Below are positions 60,347 through 64,000 of a stretch of 64,000 nt of DNA, piece after piece. Within the stretch, counting starts at the first letter, position 1. The number at the start of each line of letters is the position of its first letter. The DNA lies in the NCBI GenBank assembly GCA_964649975.1, contig CAZYSM010000010.1, positions 1,964-65,963 on the forward strand. The letters are read 5' to 3'. Position numbers and translations under genes: made by a program. Under the pieces are notes generated by a model that worked only from the letters and a program-made list of their open reading frames with translations, did no database searches and was not told the origin of the DNA. This DNA comes from an uncultured Bacteroidales bacterium. GTDB taxonomy: Bacteria; Bacteroidota; Bacteroidia; Bacteroidales; S143-33.

Positions 60347-60413
60347 GACAATATTTTTTTCAATTAATGGGAAAAACTCAAGTATTTTTCACCCAGATTA
60401 CCGCAACTATTTT

Positions 60414-60474
60414 CAAAAAAAGGGGCTGGGAGCTGTAATTATAACAAGTAAACCTCAATACTACTCCCTGCCCC
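60414..60474 (-). terminator. Probable terminator after the GH65 gene (long-loop hairpin plus T-run)
   Basis: On the minus strand: GGGGCAGGGAG, a 31-nt loop, CTCCCAGCCCC (11 bp, one mismatch), then T8. Confidence 0.45.
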
Positions 60475-60510
60475 AATAATTTCAAAGAGCGAGGAATAAA
60501 TCCCCTGTAA

Positions 60511-62847
60511 TTATGCCAGTGTTTTATTAATAGTATGTTCTAAAGGATATTCTACTGTTTTATACGGTTCAATACTAATCAAATTGCTGTAAAGATACAG
60601 ACTCACAGGCGTATCACTTTCGTTTGTGATAGAAACTTTTGTTTTATCCACTCTTATTTTAAGCAGCCACTGGCGGAAACGTATTTTAAAAGAAAAGGCT
60701 TGCCAACGCCGTGGAATAAAAGGTGCAAAAGCAATTTTTCCGTTCTTAACTTTCATTCCACCAAATCCGTAAGTAATGCTCATCCATGTTCCGGCCATAC
60801 TTGTAACATGTAATCCTTGATGCACTTCGTTATTATAGTCATCCAGGTCCAGACGTGCAGTACGCAGATAAAGATCATAAGCCTTATCCTCCTTACCGAT
60901 ACGAGAGGCAATGATGGAATATACACTTGGCGAAAGCGAGGATTCGTGCACGGTCATAGGCTCATAAAACTCAAAATTACGGCGGAGAGTATCCAGATCA
61001 AAATGGTCTTCAAAGAAAAACAATCCCTGCAATACATCGGCCTGCTTGATATAACACGAACGGAGTATTCTATCCCATGACCAGTGCTGTGAAATAGGAC
61101 GATCGCCTACTGGAATCTCGTCAACGGTTTTCAGATCTTTATCCAGATAACCTTCCTGCTGGAGAATCACCTGACGTTCCTCATCATAGGGGAAGTACAT
61201 ATTTTCAATAATGTCCTGCCATTTGTCAAGCTCGGAATTAACAAAACGAGTTTTTTCTATAACTCTCTGATAATCCTCAGGGTAATTCTTACGCACAAAA
61301 TCCATCACCTCGCGCGTATAACGCATTGTCCACACGGCCAGATAGTTAGTATACCAGTTATTATTTACGTTATTTTCATATTCATTTGGTCCGGTAACAC
61401 CAAGCATAACATATTTCTGCTTAGGCACAGACCAATTAACACGCTGTGCCCAGAAGCGCGAAATAGCAATCAATACTTCCAGCCCATATTTGGCCAGATA
61501 TTCTTTATCGTCATTATAACGCACGTAATTGTAGATAGCATAAGCAATAGCTCCGTTACGGTGGATTTCCTCAAAAGTAATTTCCCACTCATTATGACAC
61601 TCCTCACCATTTATGGTAACCATAGGATAAAGGGCAGCACCGCCAGTAAAGCCCAATTTTTCGGCATTTTCAATCGCCTTGGGCAGATGACGATAACGGT
61701 ATAACACCAGATTACGTGCCACCTCCGAGCCAGCAGTACTCATATAAAATGGAAGGCAGAAAGCCTCTGTGTCCCAGTATGTAACACCACCATATTTTTC
61801 ACCAGTAAAACCTTTTGGCCCTATATTAAGACGAGGGTCACGTCCGGTATAAGTCTGATTGAGCTGGAAGATATTAAAACGTATTCCTTGCTGTGCTGCA
61901 ATATCTCCTTCTATGACAATATCACTATCGCGCCATTTTTCCTCCCATGCTTTACAATGATCATCAAATAGTTTATCAAAACCTTGTTCCAGAGCTGTTT
62001 TCACATTATCAAATGCGGCATTAAGCAAAGCCTTGCCCTTGTCATAATACAAAGAGCTGGTAACAGAAACAAATTTATGTATTTCCAGAGGAGTATTTTC
62101 TCTGACTGATAATGTATATAGATAACCCACGTATTTTTCTGCTTCCAAACGGGCTATTTTCAGTGGGGTAATTTGTTCATTTCCGGAATAAAAACGAGCT
62201 TGAAAAACATTTGCCACATGAAAAAATGTCTTTTTTGTCTCAGTAACAACGTAAGGCATAGGATCAAAACCATGTTCTATCTCATTCCAGAACTTTTCTC
62301 CGTAATTAGCGTCGCGGTTTGCCACATCTGCATCAATATCCAGGATAACTTCTATATTACCGGAAAAATTAAGCGGAATAATTCTGTATTTAATCATGCC
62401 TAACTCGTCATTAACTATGCTAAGGAAGCGTAAAGATTCAACTTTAATTTCCTTGCCACTATCCAGTTTTGCAATAAAAGTTTTGTACAGATAACCATGC
62501 TTCATATTAAGCTCACGGCGGAAATCATGTAACTGTACTTTGTATAAATCCAACTTTTCCCCATCCACGGTCAGTTTAACACCGCGCCAATCAGGGGCAT
62601 TTATAACTTTTGCAAAATATTCAGGATAGCCGTTTTTCCACCATCCTACTTTGGTTTTATCCGGATAATAAACACCGGCAATATATGTACCTTGCAGTGA
62701 GGGACCGGAGAAATACTCTTCAAAATTTCCGCGATGTCCCATCTTGCCGTTACCAAGGCTGAAAATACTTTCATAACCTTCGTTAAGGCTAAAATCAGTG
62801 TCTTCGGAAATAATTTTCCACGGGTCGTGTATAATCTTTGGTTTCAT
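60511..62847 (-). CDS. GH65 glycoside phosphorylase (maltose/kojibiose phosphorylase-like)
   Basis: 778 aa with an N-terminal beta-sandwich and an (alpha/alpha)6 catalytic domain. The general-acid context is VTGPNEYENNVNNNWYTN. Further family-typical stretches are GVTYWDTEAF and HRNGAIAYA. Confidence 0.88.
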   Translation of the reverse strand: MKPKIIHDPWKIISEDTDFSLNEGYESIFSLGNGKMGHRGNFEEYFSGPSLQGTYIAGVYYPDKTKVGWWKNGYPEYFAKVINAPDWRGVKLTVDGEKLDLYKVQLHDFRRELNMKHGYLYKTFIAKLDSGKEIKVESLRFLSIVNDELGMIKYRIIPLNFSGNIEVILDIDADVANRDANYGEKFWNEIEHGFDPMPYVVTETKKTFFHVANVFQARFYSGNEQITPLKIARLEAEKYVGYLYTLSVRENTPLEIHKFVSVTSSLYYDKGKALLNAAFDNVKTALEQGFDKLFDDHCKAWEEKWRDSDIVIEGDIAAQQGIRFNIFQLNQTYTGRDPRLNIGPKGFTGEKYGGVTYWDTEAFCLPFYMSTAGSEVARNLVLYRYRHLPKAIENAEKLGFTGGAALYPMVTINGEECHNEWEITFEEIHRNGAIAYAIYNYVRYNDDKEYLAKYGLEVLIAISRFWAQRVNWSVPKQKYVMLGVTGPNEYENNVNNNWYTNYLAVWTMRYTREVMDFVRKNYPEDYQRVIEKTRFVNSELDKWQDIIENMYFPYDEERQVILQQEGYLDKDLKTVDEIPVGDRPISQHWSWDRILRSCYIKQADVLQGLFFFEDHFDLDTLRRNFEFYEPMTVHESSLSPSVYSIIASRIGKEDKAYDLYLRTARLDLDDYNNEVHQGLHVTSMAGTWMSITYGFGGMKVKNGKIAFAPFIPRRWQAFSFKIRFRQWLLKIRVDKTKVSITNESDTPVSLYLYSNLISIEPYKTVEYPLEHTINKTLA

Positions 62848-62914
62848 AAAAATTATTTTTTCTTTTTTCCGGTCTAAGCAAAATAGTTAAAATATTTAAA
62901 ATTCAATCTTTTAC

Positions 62915-62951
62915 ATAAAAACTGGCTGCTCTCCCTGTGGAGAGCAGCCAG
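62915..62951 (-). terminator. Rho-independent terminator after the SusE/F-like gene
   Basis: CTGGCTGCTCTCC-CTGT-GGAGAGCAGCCAG forms a perfect 13-bp stem (62922..62934 with 62939..62951). On the minus strand it is followed by TTTTTAT. Confidence 0.7.
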
Positions 62952-62974
62952 AAAAAATAGGCTACAAAGAAAAC

Positions 62975-64000
62975 TTACTTAGCATTTGCCAGATCAAGTG
63001 TAGCATTTCCATAATTTGCATCAATAGTGAATGTGCAGTTATAAGTGGCATCGGAACCAACAACAAAGTTATCGGTACCAGAAATATTAGAAGCACCGTC
63101 GCCAGTAACTGTGGTATTACCCATACCCCAGTTTGTACCCCAATCATGGTCTTTACGGAGCTTGAATTCGCCACCGCCGATAAAATGCAGACCATTATAA
63201 ACAAACTGGTAATTGCCATTGGCATCCTGGCCGTTATAGGTCATATCCAAATCAGAATCCCAGTTAGTTTGTGCCTGAGTAGTATCATTATTTACATAAA
63301 AAGCAGATCCAATGAAACTGATAGTGTGATAATCAGGAGTAGGAGGTGTAGGAGGAGTAAATCCGCCTTTGTAAGTAAATGTTACAGTAGCAGTATAAGC
63401 GCGTCCATCATAAGCAAATACTACTTTATACTCTGCATTAGCTGTTGACTTGAAGTTATTGCCTTTACCAGCAGCATTAACAATACTGTCAACATCACCC
63501 TGGAGGGTAACATCTTCGTAACCCCAGTTTCTGTCCCAGCTGTGGTTCAAACGGAACTTGAATTCACCACCGTTAGAAACAGCAAAGCTATCAATCTCAA
63601 AGCTATAAACATCATTCTGAACTCCTGTATATGCCAGATCAATATCCTCAGTCCAACCAGCAACTTCTACAAATGATCCGTTCTGAATAGTACCAATACC
63701 TGAACCAATGAGGCTAACAGTATCATCAGAGAAATCATCCAGAGGAGGCTGACCTACATAGTCAAGAGTGGCAGTAAATTTTCCGCCATAAGTGTATTTA
63801 AGAGTAACATTGTAAATACCAGCCTGATCAACAGGAATATTAGCGCCACCAGGGGTAAGATCATCAAGGCTTCCACCAAGGTTGGTGAAGAACTTAGGAT
63901 CACCATTACCTTCAGCATTTGGATCAGCACTGTAGTATGTCCACCAGCTATTGAAACGGAATTTCAGGCTGGCTTTCATAAGCAGGACATTCTCTACAGT
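62975..64000 (-). CDS. SusE/SusF-like outer-membrane starch-binding protein; partial, the 5' end lies beyond the right edge
   Basis: The reading frame stays open upstream of the track's ATG 63979 through to position 64000. Three repeated beta-sandwich modules each carry an aromatic carbohydrate-binding-like signature (FRFNSWW; FKFRLNHSWDRNWGY; FKLRKDHDWGTNWGMG). Confidence 0.6.
   Translation of the reverse strand, partial: TVENVLLMKASLKFRFNSWWTYYSADPNAEGNGDPKFFTNLGGSLDDLTPGGANIPVDQAGIYNVTLKYTYGGKFTATLDYVGQPPLDDFSDDTVSLIGSGIGTIQNGSFVEVAGWTEDIDLAYTGVQNDVYSFEIDSFAVSNGGEFKFRLNHSWDRNWGYEDVTLQGDVDSIVNAAGKGNNFKSTANAEYKVVFAYDGRAYTATVTFTYKGGFTPPTPPTPDYHTISFIGSAFYVNNDTTQAQTNWDSDLDMTYNGQDANGNYQFVYNGLHFIGGGEFKLRKDHDWGTNWGMGNTTVTGDGASNISGTDNFVVGSDATYNCTFTIDANYGNATLDLANAK

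Overview
This 64-kb chromosomal segment looks like an AT-rich, probably anaerobic member of the Bacteroidota. Supporting signs are the gldA/gldF/gldG ABC transporter, two proteins with T9SS C-terminal sorting domains, TAnnTTTG-type -7 promoter boxes, almost no Shine-Dalgarno sequences, and adjacent desulfoferrodoxin and peroxiredoxin genes. I count about 46 densely packed protein-coding genes. By eye I found no rRNA, tRNA, CRISPR array, transposase, integrase or prophage genes.

Left to right the window holds:
- DUF4340-gldG-gldF-gldA, then pyrE, an OmpA/TPR/beta-propeller protein, and xdhAB (xanthine dehydrogenase).
- valS, nadD, outer-membrane proteins, and a DUF4159-xdhC-J-like operon.
- An alpha/beta hydrolase, a TlpA-like protein, a 5'-nucleotidase and gyrB.
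- A mosaic C10 cysteine protease exported by T9SS, then dfx and prx, uvrA and clpB.
- A two-gene unit of unknown function, then an M16 peptidase, TPR protein, LolE/FtsX permease and C69 dipeptidase.
- The distal part of a starch-utilisation locus: three GH13 enzymes, a GH65 phosphorylase, and a SusE/F-like protein that runs off the right edge.

The best candidate for something undescribed is the self-contained unit at 41.4-46.5 kb. It encodes a 1341-aa protein with a complete RecQ-type helicase core whose ATPase motifs are specifically degenerate (P-loop FSFVAEKT, Walker B DQAQ). That gene is co-transcribed with a tail-anchored coiled-coil protein.

The second notable item is a ~170-nt, ~72% GC nested-hairpin element just upstream of uvrA.

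All functional calls come from motif recognition in the supplied translations. No database search was run.
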